From: a virus
Lineage: Duplodnaviria > Caudoviricetes
Direction: 5' to 3' (one strand)
IMG/VR virus record: IMGVR_UViG_3300037423_000960
Location: 1 to 64,000 of that record
DNA: 64,000 bases
Translations under genes and position numbers: made by a program
Shown here: in pieces, positions 1-8,964 of the stretch
How positions within the stretch are numbered: position 1 is the first letter of the stretch
Layout: every line of letters starts with the position of its first letter
Notes under the pieces: model-generated
The model's input: only the letters and a program-made list of their open reading frames with translations
What the model was told of the DNA's origin: nothing
The model's database searches: none

Positions 1-43
1 ACCTCGAGTTAAGGTTAGCGACTGGGCGGCGACGGAGGCTAGT

Positions 44-436
44 ATGTCCGTTGATTTCCAGCATACCTTTCCTCTAACTCACGAGAATGCTTTGTGGTGT
101 CTCCACCATGCCGATTGGAACGACTACACCAAGCATCAACTCTACAATGTCTCCACGCTAGAGACCCTGCACAGACCTCTGGGAGATCATCTTAAGCGTG
201 TGTGGTATCTCGGTGAGAGATCCTATCCTCTTCCCAGACACTACATGAGGCGATTTGGTCTGGGCTCGCCAGACGACATGGTCTGTCTCATCATACAGAA
301 TTTTCTCTGTCAGCTTCGCCAGGAAGAGTTCCATCTGGCGAGATTCGTTGCTGAGTTTCAGCGCATCTGGCGATCTAAGGGTAGAGATCCTGTGACACTT
401 CAACTCATACCTCCGGGATATCACAATGGACGCTAA
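44..436 (+). CDS. Hypothetical protein (weakly DUF6794-like)
   Basis: 130-aa ORF with GGAGG RBS; LHRPLGDHLKRVW...PDDMVCLII pattern loosely recalls DUF6794. Confidence 0.6.
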   Translation: MSVDFQHTFPLTHENALWCLHHADWNDYTKHQLYNVSTLETLHRPLGDHLKRVWYLGERSYPLPRHYMRRFGLGSPDDMVCLIIQNFLCQLRQEEFHLARFVAEFQRIWRSKGRDPVTLQLIPPGYHNGR

Positions 437-887
437 ATTCACAGAACATCTTACGATACCCTCGGAAGAAGAAGAGCGTCCGGTGAGGATCTTCAACAGC
501 ATAGTTCTCGTCAATGACGCGAGGCATTGTCGACCCAAGCATCTCTGGCCCAAGGGCGGCAGGGAGTTAGATCAGCATCCCGGTTGGAGAGATCAGATAG
601 AGCGTTATCTCGCAGCCTTCTGCGAGCCGGTGAGAACCATAGCGGACGAGCTTCGCTGTGTGGCCTGTGACGAGCAGGTGACAGGTCATCACGTCGGCAT
701 TATGGATTGGCGATATCGTAATCGACTCACCTTCTCAGAGGAAGGCTCTATGGAAGGTCGTTGTACGAAGTGTGGCTACCCATGCAGACTGAAGCACGAG
801 ATCTCCCTGCCGAGCGGACAGCTTCTCGTAAGACTTGTAGGCTTTCCTCTCTTCTACCACCCGACAGCCTGCCAGCAGACTAATTAG
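426..887 (+). CDS. Hypothetical protein with CxxC motifs (possible Zn-binding)
   Basis: 153-aa ORF overlapping the previous gene; CVAC and CTKCGYPC motifs. Confidence 0.6.
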   Translation: MDAKFTEHLTIPSEEEERPVRIFNSIVLVNDARHCRPKHLWPKGGRELDQHPGWRDQIERYLAAFCEPVRTIADELRCVACDEQVTGHHVGIMDWRYRNRLTFSEEGSMEGRCTKCGYPCRLKHEISLPSGQLLVRLVGFPLFYHPTACQQTN

Positions 888-890
888 AGT

Positions 891-919
891 TTGCACCGCG
901 ACGCGCGCGGGCGTAGCGT
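891..919 (+). promoter_or_regulatory. Sigma70-type promoter TTGCAC-N17-TAGCGT; predicted TSS at the ATG (926), i.e. leaderless
   Basis: -35 at 891-896, -10 at 914-919; ATG begins 7 nt after the -10; no Shine-Dalgarno present. Confidence 0.55.
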
Positions 920-925
920 AGCGGT

Positions 926-1222
926 ATGGCAAATGCTTCCGGAAAAGCGTCCACTGACGCACCTGCTAAGATCTGGTGTCTATTCAACGTAGCCAACAAC
1001 TACGATCAGCCAGACTTCAACCTCGTAGCGTGGTGGAGGGAAAAGCCCTCGCTAGAGGTACTCGCGTCTACGCTCGGAATAGACTTTAGCAAGCCTGCCA
1101 GCGACAATCATGTCGTTGCAGTGGTCGGCGTCTGGACTGGGAACGGTAGTGGTAAGCTACCTTACAGCGACACAGTGTTCCGTCTGGAGGAAGTGTCGGA
1201 AGGGAAGAGATTGGATGACTAG
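926..1222 (+). CDS. Hypothetical protein
   Basis: 98-aa ORF downstream of the predicted promoter. Confidence 0.6.
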   Translation: MANASGKASTDAPAKIWCLFNVANNYDQPDFNLVAWWREKPSLEVLASTLGIDFSKPASDNHVVAVVGVWTGNGSGKLPYSDTVFRLEEVSEGKRLDD

Positions 1223-1523
1223 CGTCTTCGTCGTTAAAGCAAACGATTCTTTAGACTGCGTCTTCAGCGAGAGATGGAAGACCGAAATCTACTGTCAGAT
1301 GCAGAAAGAGTGGCAGAAGGAACGGATTCAGCCGTGGGGAGTCGGAGCGACCATCTACTATCGCTACGAGGAAGTCATGATGGATAGGCCGGGAACTCTG
1401 TTCTCTAGACCTACGAACTTAGGTCAGCGAGAGATGCCGACTAAACTTCAGCAGGAGGGATTTCGTGAGGCACTCAGAGCTCGTTGGGCTGAGCGACAAT
1501 CGTCTAAGAGTTCTAGCGCCTGA
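1215..1523 (+). CDS. Hypothetical protein
   Basis: ATG at 1215 overlapping the upstream stop region (MTSVFVVKAND...). Confidence 0.55.
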   Translation: MTSVFVVKANDSLDCVFSERWKTEIYCQMQKEWQKERIQPWGVGATIYYRYEEVMMDRPGTLFSRPTNLGQREMPTKLQQEGFREALRARWAERQSSKSSSA

Positions 1524-1764
1524 CGCCACTCATCAGCACTTCAAGGGTGGCTTGTATCGCTTTCTCGGTAAGGCGATGGGCTCCGACACAGGACGGCAGA
1601 TGCGAAACGAGCATGGAGAATTGCTCGTAGCCTACATGCACTGCTATCCATACGAGAAACAGGTGTGGCTTCGGCCAGAGAGTGAATGGAGCTCCGTCGT
1701 AGACGGGAGGGATGGATTCGTTGTACCGCGTTTCCGCCCGATCGAGGGGACTGTGCAGTCGTGA
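1465..1764 (+). CDS. DUF1653-family protein
   Basis: HQHFKGGLYRFLGKA...VAY...WLRPESEW...PRF motif; GGAGG RBS before GTG. Confidence 0.7.
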   Translation: MRHSELVGLSDNRLRVLAPDATHQHFKGGLYRFLGKAMGSDTGRQMRNEHGELLVAYMHCYPYEKQVWLRPESEWSSVVDGRDGFVVPRFRPIEGTVQS

Positions 1765-2195
1765 AGTTAGTAATCTTCGGTGAGCGCCCCGGCCCAAACA
1801 CGGACTCTCATCGTCCGCTCTTCCCGCACACGACGACGGGCGCAGCAGCGCGACTGATCCAGATGCTGGGCTTCACGAGAGAGGAATATCTCGAGAGAGT
1901 TAAACGCTACAACGTGGTAAACGATTACACCACTCCGACAACGGCGAGTCATGTTCGCGACCGAGTTAAGACTCTTCTGAACAGTTATCGTGAGTGTTAC
2001 GAACCGCGTTTTCTAGTTCTCGGGAGGTCTGCTGCGTCGGCATTCCCACCAAAGTACAGATATCAGCCATTCGGATACCCGCTCGGTGATCTGATGATCA
2101 TCCCGCATCCCAGCGGTCGTAATCGTTTCTACAACTCCCTAGATAATAAGCTCTTTATAGAGCAGTCACTTAGAGACTTCCTAGGGAGAATCTAG
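1761..2195 (+). CDS. Uracil-DNA-glycosylase-fold protein
   Basis: LVIFGERPG (motif A-like), LVLGRSA and IIPHPSGRNR (motif B-like); GTG start overlaps the upstream TGA. Confidence 0.65.
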   Translation: MKLVIFGERPGPNTDSHRPLFPHTTTGAAARLIQMLGFTREEYLERVKRYNVVNDYTTPTTASHVRDRVKTLLNSYRECYEPRFLVLGRSAASAFPPKYRYQPFGYPLGDLMIIPHPSGRNRFYNSLDNKLFIEQSLRDFLGRI

Positions 2196-2208
2196 AGAAC
2201 CGTAGGAG

Positions 2209-4683
2209 TTAGAAGTGCCCGCCTCCGGCATCTTCTTCACGATCCTTCTTCGGTCGGGTGCTCGGAGGATTAATGCTCTCCTTAGCCGCTTTAGTCCACT
2301 CAGAGACAGACTTACCGATCATCTTGTCGTCCGACGTGTAGGTCTTCTTAGGCTGACCGTCCAGTAGGATCACAGGTCCCTTCATGAGACCTGCTTTCTC
2401 GAGGATGCGCTCGAATCGCCCCATGTCCCAAGGGAATTTAACTCTCCTCGCCTCACTGAGACCGCGGATACCCTCTGCCGTCTGAACCGGTCGGGCGAAG
2501 AGGCCGATCTTTTCCTCCATCGCCCACCTGACGAGATGGTAGAATTCGTCGAATTTACCTAGCTCGTACTTGTCCGCTTTGTTCTCGCTACGCTCGCGAT
2601 CCTTCTCGAGCATGCGACGTTTGTGTTTGGTGATGGGCGCCCATCCAGGATTCCACGGAGCCTCGGACTTGTAGCGCATCAGCCAAGCGCCGATGTACGC
2701 TGCGTTCGAGCTGAGTTCGTCGAACAGTTGATCTGCTTCTAGCTCTGTTAGAATCTGCTCGCAGTTTACCGCTAGGAGGCGACGATCGCTGCCCTCTAGT
2801 CCAGAGCTGTTCGCCAACGCCAGAGGAAATAGATCGTTAGACGTCATGTACCCGTTGAGGAAGTTTCGTTGGAGCTTTTGCTTCGTACCCTTGATGTTGA
2901 TGTGGCGAGTACCCTGAGATCGGTCACGAAGATCTGCTTCGTTGAAGGGTAGGTAGCTGTGATTCTTCTTAAGTAATTCGTAGACCTCAGCGCTGTCGTG
3001 ACTCTTCACCTCTCCCAACTCGTAGAAGAGAGTGCCGTCCATCCAGTCCTCGTAATCAGAGACGTAGCGCTGGACTGTCAGCTCCTGAACACGCTTACCA
3101 CCGAGAAGTGCCGCCATCACGCGACGGAAGTACGACTTGCCGGTGCCGTTGTGCTCAGAGACGAGGACTGGGAACCAACCTTGCTTATCCATGGGTCTCG
3201 TGACGACGCCGTGGAAGTAGAAAGCAAGAGCGTCGCTGAGTAGACGTTTCTCGGTTCCGCCGATCGGGATACCGTCCGTGTTCTTCTCGGGCTCTACTAT
3301 CTCGTTTCCGCTGATGCGCTGGAGATGAGCGATGAAATACTTGGCCTTCTCTGCAACCTCATCGTCGGAGATGTTGGAGTCGCCAGCTATCTCTGTAGCG
3401 CGGACGTACACGCCGCTGGGATACCACTCGTTGAGTAGCTTCTTTCCGGCAGGTGTGAGAATAAATGTCCCGCAGCCAGGAAGAAAGTCTAGATCCTCAC
3501 ATCTGTGCGTGTCTAAGTCGGACAAGAACTTCTTGCTCGGCGATCCAGTCTTGTCGCCGTACCGAGTTAGGTAGCGATCAAAGGCAGCAGGCGAGAGAAT
3601 AATCTCGCGATCCTCGAGATTGTAGAACTTGTCCTCCTTAGCGACGTAAACCCACTGGCGACAGATATGCTCGAATGAGTCTACCGCCTCAGCTCTCTCA
3701 AGCTCTACCTCGGCGTCGACTGGACATCCTTCTGTGTGATCGCCTATGTCCCAACCGGGAGGAATTCCGGGGATGTTTTCTGTACGGACGATGCGAATTT
3801 CACGAGGCTTGTACTTCTGTGACTGAAGGAGAATCTGCACTCTCCTCGCGGCTTCGCGACCAGGAGTATCGTTGTCAGGCCACAGAATAACTTCGGCATC
3901 CTGCCAGAAGGCCTCGTCCGGTAGCCACAGATCGTGAGAACCTTTGACCCCACTGTATGAGAGAATCTTCCAGCGATCGCCTAAGAGCTCCTGCGCGCGA
4001 TCCTTGGCTTTCTCACCCTCCACGAACAAGACGCGGACTGTGGGAGTGCCGTCGCCTAGCTGTTCGAGACCATAGGGCGGTACGAGCTTCTTAGCCCAAT
4101 CCTTCTTCACCCATCCGCTGTGGGCGCGAAAGGTGACAGTGTACACTTCCTTCGTAGTGTTGCGAGAGTCTACCCGGTACTTGTAGCCGAGTATAGAACC
4201 GTCAACGTCCTGAAAAGTCCAGTGATCACGAAGAATACCGCGGTCCTTACGAAGCGCGTCGCACTCCAGAACCTTGTTCCAGGACTGCATGTCCTCAGGA
4301 ATCGGAAACACCAATGGATCACCCTCGGCGTCCGACAGAGCCTTCTTGGCTTCCTTCTTGTCTAGAAATTTCTCGTCCAGAAGAAACTGAACGGCCTGAG
4401 CGGCCGAGCACTTCATGGTGGCTGATACAAATCCGATCAGCCCATGATGTGAGTCGTTAGCTGCCCAGTCACCCCAGTGACCATTCTGAAGATTGTAGTC
4501 GAAGCTGGAGCCCGCGCCACCCTCGACGGAGGCTAACTTGAATCGTCCTCCGTCCACGCGACCCTCGGGACGCAGCTTCTGGAGAACAGCTAAGGTCTTG
4601 TCGCGATGCTGTACGAAGTACTGATTGATGGACGGAACGTCCAGGGAGGATTTCAGAAAATCGGCAAACAGCATCTCTGCCAT
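2209..4683 (-). CDS. DNA primase-helicase (TOPRIM primase plus C-terminal P-loop helicase)
   Basis: FVEGEKAKD and WPDND TOPRIM motifs; Walker A SEHNGTGKS; start reassigned to the ATG at 4683, which has a GGGGAG RBS and a promoter. Confidence 0.85.
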   Translation of the reverse strand: MAEMLFADFLKSSLDVPSINQYFVQHRDKTLAVLQKLRPEGRVDGGRFKLASVEGGAGSSFDYNLQNGHWGDWAANDSHHGLIGFVSATMKCSAAQAVQFLLDEKFLDKKEAKKALSDAEGDPLVFPIPEDMQSWNKVLECDALRKDRGILRDHWTFQDVDGSILGYKYRVDSRNTTKEVYTVTFRAHSGWVKKDWAKKLVPPYGLEQLGDGTPTVRVLFVEGEKAKDRAQELLGDRWKILSYSGVKGSHDLWLPDEAFWQDAEVILWPDNDTPGREAARRVQILLQSQKYKPREIRIVRTENIPGIPPGWDIGDHTEGCPVDAEVELERAEAVDSFEHICRQWVYVAKEDKFYNLEDREIILSPAAFDRYLTRYGDKTGSPSKKFLSDLDTHRCEDLDFLPGCGTFILTPAGKKLLNEWYPSGVYVRATEIAGDSNISDDEVAEKAKYFIAHLQRISGNEIVEPEKNTDGIPIGGTEKRLLSDALAFYFHGVVTRPMDKQGWFPVLVSEHNGTGKSYFRRVMAALLGGKRVQELTVQRYVSDYEDWMDGTLFYELGEVKSHDSAEVYELLKKNHSYLPFNEADLRDRSQGTRHINIKGTKQKLQRNFLNGYMTSNDLFPLALANSSGLEGSDRRLLAVNCEQILTELEADQLFDELSSNAAYIGAWLMRYKSEAPWNPGWAPITKHKRRMLEKDRERSENKADKYELGKFDEFYHLVRWAMEEKIGLFARPVQTAEGIRGLSEARRVKFPWDMGRFERILEKAGLMKGPVILLDGQPKKTYTSDDKMIGKSVSEWTKAAKESINPPSTRPKKDREEDAGGGHF

Positions 4684-4726
4684 GGAACTCCCCGGCTCGT
4701 CTAAGACCAACAATCGCAGCGGTTCC

Positions 4727-4755
4727 ACCCTAGCGCAAAGGTGGGCGAGATGCAA
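4727..4755 (-). promoter_or_regulatory. Primase promoter TTGCAT-N17-(GC)TAGGGT
   Basis: -35 at 4755-4750 and -10 at 4732-4727 on the minus strand, upstream of the ATG at 4683. Confidence 0.55.
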
Positions 4756-4851
4756 GCTGCGTGGCGTAAAAGGAGTTGCGTCCGGAGGGCCAAGGTGCCA
4801 CACAGGGCCACGGCCCCACGGTAGGCGGTCGCACAGGCAAGGAGCAAGGAG

Positions 4852-5184
4852 ATGTACGAGATTATGGATATCCCGAAGCCGGAGAATCTTCCGGCGAAGC
4901 GGGCGGGGGACACGAAGTACCCATTCGCTGACATGAAAGTCGGCAGCAGTTTCGTCGTGCCGTTCAGTGACATGAGGGATAACGAGGCGCCGGAGAAGTT
5001 TCGGGATCGTATCTACAAGTCGGCTCGTGAGTACGCTCGGCGAGACTTTAACACACGCAAGAAGGACAATCCTGCGGTTCTCATCGAGCGCAAGGAGTTC
5101 ACCGCGGCGCTGATGCCGTCCGATGACAAGAATCAGCCGATGCGCTACGCGGCGGGCGACGTCGTGGTCTGGCGAGATAAGTAG
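4852..5184 (+). CDS. Conserved phage protein (YPF-x3-VG-x-SF-x-VP family), likely DNA-binding
   Basis: KYPFADMKVGSSFVVP motif; AAGGAG RBS; GC3-rich codons. Confidence 0.75.
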   Translation: MYEIMDIPKPENLPAKRAGDTKYPFADMKVGSSFVVPFSDMRDNEAPEKFRDRIYKSAREYARRDFNTRKKDNPAVLIERKEFTAALMPSDDKNQPMRYAAGDVVVWRDK

Positions 5185-5223
5185 ACCAAGATTAAGTCTA
5201 GAATACAGAGGGGAACTAAGTAG

Positions 5224-5538
5224 ATGTACGGAGTAGTATTTCTTCACGACGCGCCGGAGACCGGAGCTCGCAAGCTGGTATCCACCCCGGAGGCAATCGA
5301 GGCCGAGACTCCGGAAGACGCCAAGACAGAGGGAAGACAAATTCTAACAGAGCTCGCCCCAGAGCATCGCAGCGTCACGAAGCCGCTCTCTATCGTGGAG
5401 ATTAGCGACGAGATGAAATTCGGTCTGACCGGCTGCGAGAGGGTCTTCCTGACCGCCGAGGAGGATGGCGAAGAGTTGGAGTTTGTCGACGTCACGGGAA
5501 CGGCTTACTGGTCCTCGCAGGCGTGGTGGCACCGCTAG
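5224..5538 (+). CDS. Hypothetical acidic protein
   Basis: 104-aa ORF with GAGGGG RBS. Confidence 0.65.
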   Translation: MYGVVFLHDAPETGARKLVSTPEAIEAETPEDAKTEGRQILTELAPEHRSVTKPLSIVEISDEMKFGLTGCERVFLTAEEDGEELEFVDVTGTAYWSSQAWWHR

Positions 5539-5544
5539 GGTCGA

Positions 5545-5573
5545 TTGTCAAATGAATTGTCTCCTGCTAGCCA
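5545..5573 (+). promoter_or_regulatory. TTGTCA-class promoter for the endolysin: TTGTCA-N17-TAGCCA
   Basis: -35 at 5545-5550, -10 at 5568-5573 preceded by GC. Confidence 0.6.
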
Positions 5574-5597
5574 TGAGGGTTCAGCAGGAGACAGTTT

Positions 5598-6356
5598 GTG
5601 GTCGAGGCGAAAACTCTTCAGACCTTCCTCAAGACTGAGGGCTACTACACCGGCAACATCGACGGGATCTTCGGGCCAAAGAGCCTCGCTGCGTCCCGCG
5701 CTGATCTCATCGCGAATAAAGTCAAGGCTCAGACGTGGAGTAACGCTCGCACGATCGTGGGCATTAATCAGCTCTTCCTGAACAAGGTGAATGACGCTCG
5801 ACTCGTCGTTGACGGAGTAATGGGTCCGAGGACCAACGACGCACTCTACATCTATAACACGACGCTGCTTCGCGACATCGTCACCTTCTGGCCGCGACAG
5901 GTTGACGTGCGAGCAAACACGAGCATCTTTGGCAAGCCCGGAACGAATCAGGCGATGGTAGAGCTTCCGTACACGATGTACGGAGACTACGACCGGAAGA
6001 TTAGGGTCAACGCCTTTCAGTGTCACGCGAAGGTGGAGAGTTCTCTCAAGCGTATCTTCGCGAGAACGCTCCAGTATTACGGTGCCGAGCAGATTCGCAA
6101 GCTCAATCTGGACATCTTCTCGGGTTGCTACAACTATAGGCCGACGACGGGAAGTTCTTCATTGTCACTCCACGCGTGGGGCATCGCGGTGGACGTCGAC
6201 GCAGCTCACAACCAGATGGATGAGAGCAACGACGAAGCAGTTTTCGCAAAGCCTGTCTACGGTCCGTTCCTTGACTTCTGGGAAGACGAGGGGTGGGTCA
6301 ACCTCGGCAGAGCTCGTAACTACGACTGGATGCACTTCCAAGCCGCGAGACTGTAG
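5598..6356 (+). CDS. Endolysin: N-terminal peptidoglycan-binding domain plus M15-family peptidase
   Basis: DGIFGPKS and DGVMGPRT PG-binding motifs; SGCYNYR...SLHAWGIAVD...DWMHFQ M15 zinc motifs. Confidence 0.85.
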   Translation: MVEAKTLQTFLKTEGYYTGNIDGIFGPKSLAASRADLIANKVKAQTWSNARTIVGINQLFLNKVNDARLVVDGVMGPRTNDALYIYNTTLLRDIVTFWPRQVDVRANTSIFGKPGTNQAMVELPYTMYGDYDRKIRVNAFQCHAKVESSLKRIFARTLQYYGAEQIRKLNLDIFSGCYNYRPTTGSSSLSLHAWGIAVDVDAAHNQMDESNDEAVFAKPVYGPFLDFWEDEGWVNLGRARNYDWMHFQAARL

Positions 6357-6911
6357 ATGTCCGAGCCTGAGGCTGTTGAGCTCTACCTCTGGGCTGAGCT
6401 CTGGCAGTACAAGTCTGGTCGCCTCGGCTGGTCCCTGAAGGACGCCAACGGTGAGAGCATCGATCCTCAGGCGGCTTCCGAACTTGTCCTAGAGCTCGGT
6501 GAGTGGCTTCTCACGAACGGTGGCTCAGGGGATGTAGTCTCGAGCATCTTCATCCACTCATCGGGAAAATTGACGACACGTAGTGCTCACTATCTAGACA
6601 TGACCCGTAGAGAAGAATTCGTATGGGTTAAGAAGAGCTTGCGTAAGGCGGTGCAGAGTCAACTCGGTCACATGGCTCAGCCTGGATTTCTATTCAGTCT
6701 AGTCTATTCGACTGAGTGGCTCTGGCACCGTCTTATGGGCCATTTTAAGCATTCTCAGAATGCACCGTTGGCAGCGGCTACCCCTGTAGCGGGGGCCGGT
6801 GGCACACTGCTCTCAGAAGCATCTGAGGCCGCTCAAGAACAGTCCGCGCGGGCGGGTGGCAACGTGGTGCAGTTCAGAAAACCTCCTAGGCATGATCTCA
6901 GTATTCTATAA
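6357..6911 (+). CDS. Hypothetical protein
   Basis: 184-aa ORF starting immediately after the endolysin stop. Confidence 0.65.
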   Translation: MSEPEAVELYLWAELWQYKSGRLGWSLKDANGESIDPQAASELVLELGEWLLTNGGSGDVVSSIFIHSSGKLTTRSAHYLDMTRREEFVWVKKSLRKAVQSQLGHMAQPGFLFSLVYSTEWLWHRLMGHFKHSQNAPLAAATPVAGAGGTLLSEASEAAQEQSARAGGNVVQFRKPPRHDLSIL

Positions 6912-6921
6912 CGAAGAGATT

Positions 6922-7236
6922 ATGAGCAAGGCTCAGGCTATCGTGCGAGAGGCCGAGACTCTTCCTCTGGAACATCGTGACGCTTACTGTCAGCATCGAT
7001 GTGGCCTGAGCTACAGCTATCTACGCAGAGTCGGAGTGCAGTTTAAGAAGCCGAGTAGCCGCGTACTGATGAACCTAGGATATGAGATCTACGTCAAGGA
7101 CCTCGCCACCGGAGAGCTGAGCCGGTTAGAAATGGACGTAAAGTGCGACTGGAATCCTTCCAACCCGAGACTGAATCCCAGTTCTACACCCGTCTTCGTG
7201 AGCGAACAATCGGAGACTTCTACTACGAACGAGTAG
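6922..7236 (+). CDS. Hypothetical protein, possible Cro-like HTH
   Basis: ATG at 6922; CGLSYSYLRRVG...PSSRVLMNLG resembles an HTH. Confidence 0.5.
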   Translation: MSKAQAIVREAETLPLEHRDAYCQHRCGLSYSYLRRVGVQFKKPSSRVLMNLGYEIYVKDLATGELSRLEMDVKCDWNPSNPRLNPSSTPVFVSEQSETSTTNE

Positions 7237-7577
7237 AGCCCTCTACAGAGTCAGGGTTTCCCGACCTGTACTTCGTACGGCGAAGAGGCCGCTTTCCATG
7301 TGAAGGCACGATAGAGCTGAAGATCACTACAGCCAAGGTGCCGAATCTCCGAGCGTTGTGTCGAGGAACGCAGAAGTCTGCTCTTCTGGAGTATTTCGCT
7401 GGTGGCGGCCGGAGAAGGTTTGCGCTATGCTACGCGCACGGTGAAGTTTTCCTGTGGGATACAGCAGACTACCGGAGAGCGCTTCGGCAAGATAACGCCG
7501 AGGATTGGACCTCTCGGTATCCGCTTGAGCACAAAAGCTTCTCCGCTTGGCTGGCGAGTGAGTTGGAGGTAGAATGA
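7143..7577 (+). CDS. PD-(D/E)XK nuclease (VRR-NUC / Holliday junction resolvase-like)
   Basis: ESQF...RVE...GFPDL...IELK motif; exact start uncertain. Confidence 0.7.
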   Translation: MRLESFQPETESQFYTRLRERTIGDFYYERVEPSTESGFPDLYFVRRRGRFPCEGTIELKITTAKVPNLRALCRGTQKSALLEYFAGGGRRRFALCYAHGEVFLWDTADYRRALRQDNAEDWTSRYPLEHKSFSAWLASELEVE

Positions 7578-8557
7578 GTCGTTTCGACGCAATGGCATCG
7601 GCGAAGATCTTCTCGGGCAAGCCCGAGGACACGCCGAAAAATCTAGCGCTCATCAAATATCCGGCGCTGGTGTCTCTGAAGTATGACGGCTGGAGGATGT
7701 TTGAGTTAGGGGGCGAAGTTCGTCTTCGCTCACTGAAGCCACCGAAGAATACTTTTGTGCAGAGCTCCATGCGCGATTTATTTGCCGCCGCCTCCGGTCT
7801 CGGAATCAAGGGTCTGGATGGAGAGGCTCTTCCAGGAGATCCCTGGGATCCTAACGCCATGCAGGCGTGTACCTCGGCCTTCAACTGCAACTACCGAGAA
7901 ACTAACTTCGGTTTCTACGTGTTTGACAGTCATCAGCATCCAGAGCTGCCTTTCAAAACCAGACTCCAGTATGCTACTGAGTCTGTGAGAATTCTGCGAG
8001 ACAAGGGCTGGACAGCGGAGGATGGTGCTCCAGTGAATATACAGGCTGTCGAGCACACACTCGTCCACAACCAAGAAGAGCTCTTCTCCTACTATGACGA
8101 GATCATCGCCAAGGGAGGCGAGGGCGTCATGGGAAGACATCCCGAGGGACTGTATAAGTTCGGCCGCAGCACGATGCGTGAGTCCTGGCTGTGGGCTCTC
8201 AAGCCCTACGTGGATGACGAGGCTGAGATCATCGGCTTTGAGGAGATGCTAGAGAACCAGAATGAGCTCACGTACAATGAGCGAGGGTACGCCAGCCGAC
8301 AGGGACTCAAGGAGAACTTGGTCCCCAAGGGAACACTCGGCAAGTTCGTGTGCCGGTCTGCGAAATTCCAAGAGACGTTTAGCGTCGGAATGGGCGTCGG
8401 CCTCACTTTCGAACTTCGGGATAGGATTTGGAAGAATCGCGACGCCTACCTTGGTCGAGTAATCAAGTATAAGTATCAGGAGATCGGTGTCAAGGAACGT
8501 CCGCGCCAGCCTAAGTTCATGGGCTTTCGTGCGAAGGAAGACATGGCAGGTGCTTGA
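7574..8557 (+). CDS. lig: ATP-dependent DNA ligase
   Basis: SLKYDGWR adenylation motif, DGE, FYVFD, EGVMGR, C-terminal OB fold ending RQPKF. Confidence 0.92.
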   Translation: MSRFDAMASAKIFSGKPEDTPKNLALIKYPALVSLKYDGWRMFELGGEVRLRSLKPPKNTFVQSSMRDLFAAASGLGIKGLDGEALPGDPWDPNAMQACTSAFNCNYRETNFGFYVFDSHQHPELPFKTRLQYATESVRILRDKGWTAEDGAPVNIQAVEHTLVHNQEELFSYYDEIIAKGGEGVMGRHPEGLYKFGRSTMRESWLWALKPYVDDEAEIIGFEEMLENQNELTYNERGYASRQGLKENLVPKGTLGKFVCRSAKFQETFSVGMGVGLTFELRDRIWKNRDAYLGRVIKYKYQEIGVKERPRQPKFMGFRAKEDMAGA

Positions 8558-8738
8558 GGTCATTTCTTACGGAAATGGTTTCCGCTGGCGCTGGATTAGC
8601 TTCTGTGGTAGAACGCTGGTCGAAGACTGGACTTGTCATCCAGACGACGGTGTAGCTTTCGCAGCCGCGAAGAGCTATCGTACGAATTTCTGGGCTGTGT
8701 CCGATGGGATAGACCACCGACAAGCTCGTTGTGTGTAG
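8550..8738 (+). CDS. Small hypothetical protein
   Basis: GTG start overlapping the end of the ligase; 62 aa. Confidence 0.4.
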   Translation: MLEVISYGNGFRWRWISFCGRTLVEDWTCHPDDGVAFAAAKSYRTNFWAVSDGIDHRQARCV

Positions 8739-8747
8739 GAGAAGAAC

Positions 8748-8915
8748 ATGGCTGTTGAGATGACTAATGTCTCCATCTTTACTGTGAAGTATCTCGATCC
8801 AGACGGCATCCAGAGGTTCGTAGATCTTCAGGCTGTCGGCAGCTCGGACGCGCAGGATAAGTTTGCGCGCGAGTATCGGGGCTGCTCGATCGTGAACGTC
8901 TACCGTAAACAGTAA
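8748..8915 (+). CDS. Small hypothetical protein (55 aa), not in the ORF track
   Basis: AGGAG RBS; ATG 8748 to TAA 8915; MAVEMTNVSIFTVKYLDPDG... Confidence 0.55.
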   Translation: MAVEMTNVSIFTVKYLDPDGIQRFVDLQAVGSSDAQDKFAREYRGCSIVNVYRKQ

Positions 8916-8964
8916 GACTGTTCTCGTGAGCGTAGCCGTGCTACCCAGAGCGCGGAGGTGTGCT

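Noticed and set aside
4684-5340. N-terminal 219-aa extension of the primase ORF (1043-aa call)
   Set aside because: It lies antisense to two plus-strand genes with good RBSs, reads as low-complexity shadow sequence, and a promoter plus RBS sit just before ATG 4683.
5535-6026. 163-aa minus-strand ORF
   Set aside because: It is antisense to the well-supported endolysin and has no recognisable motifs.
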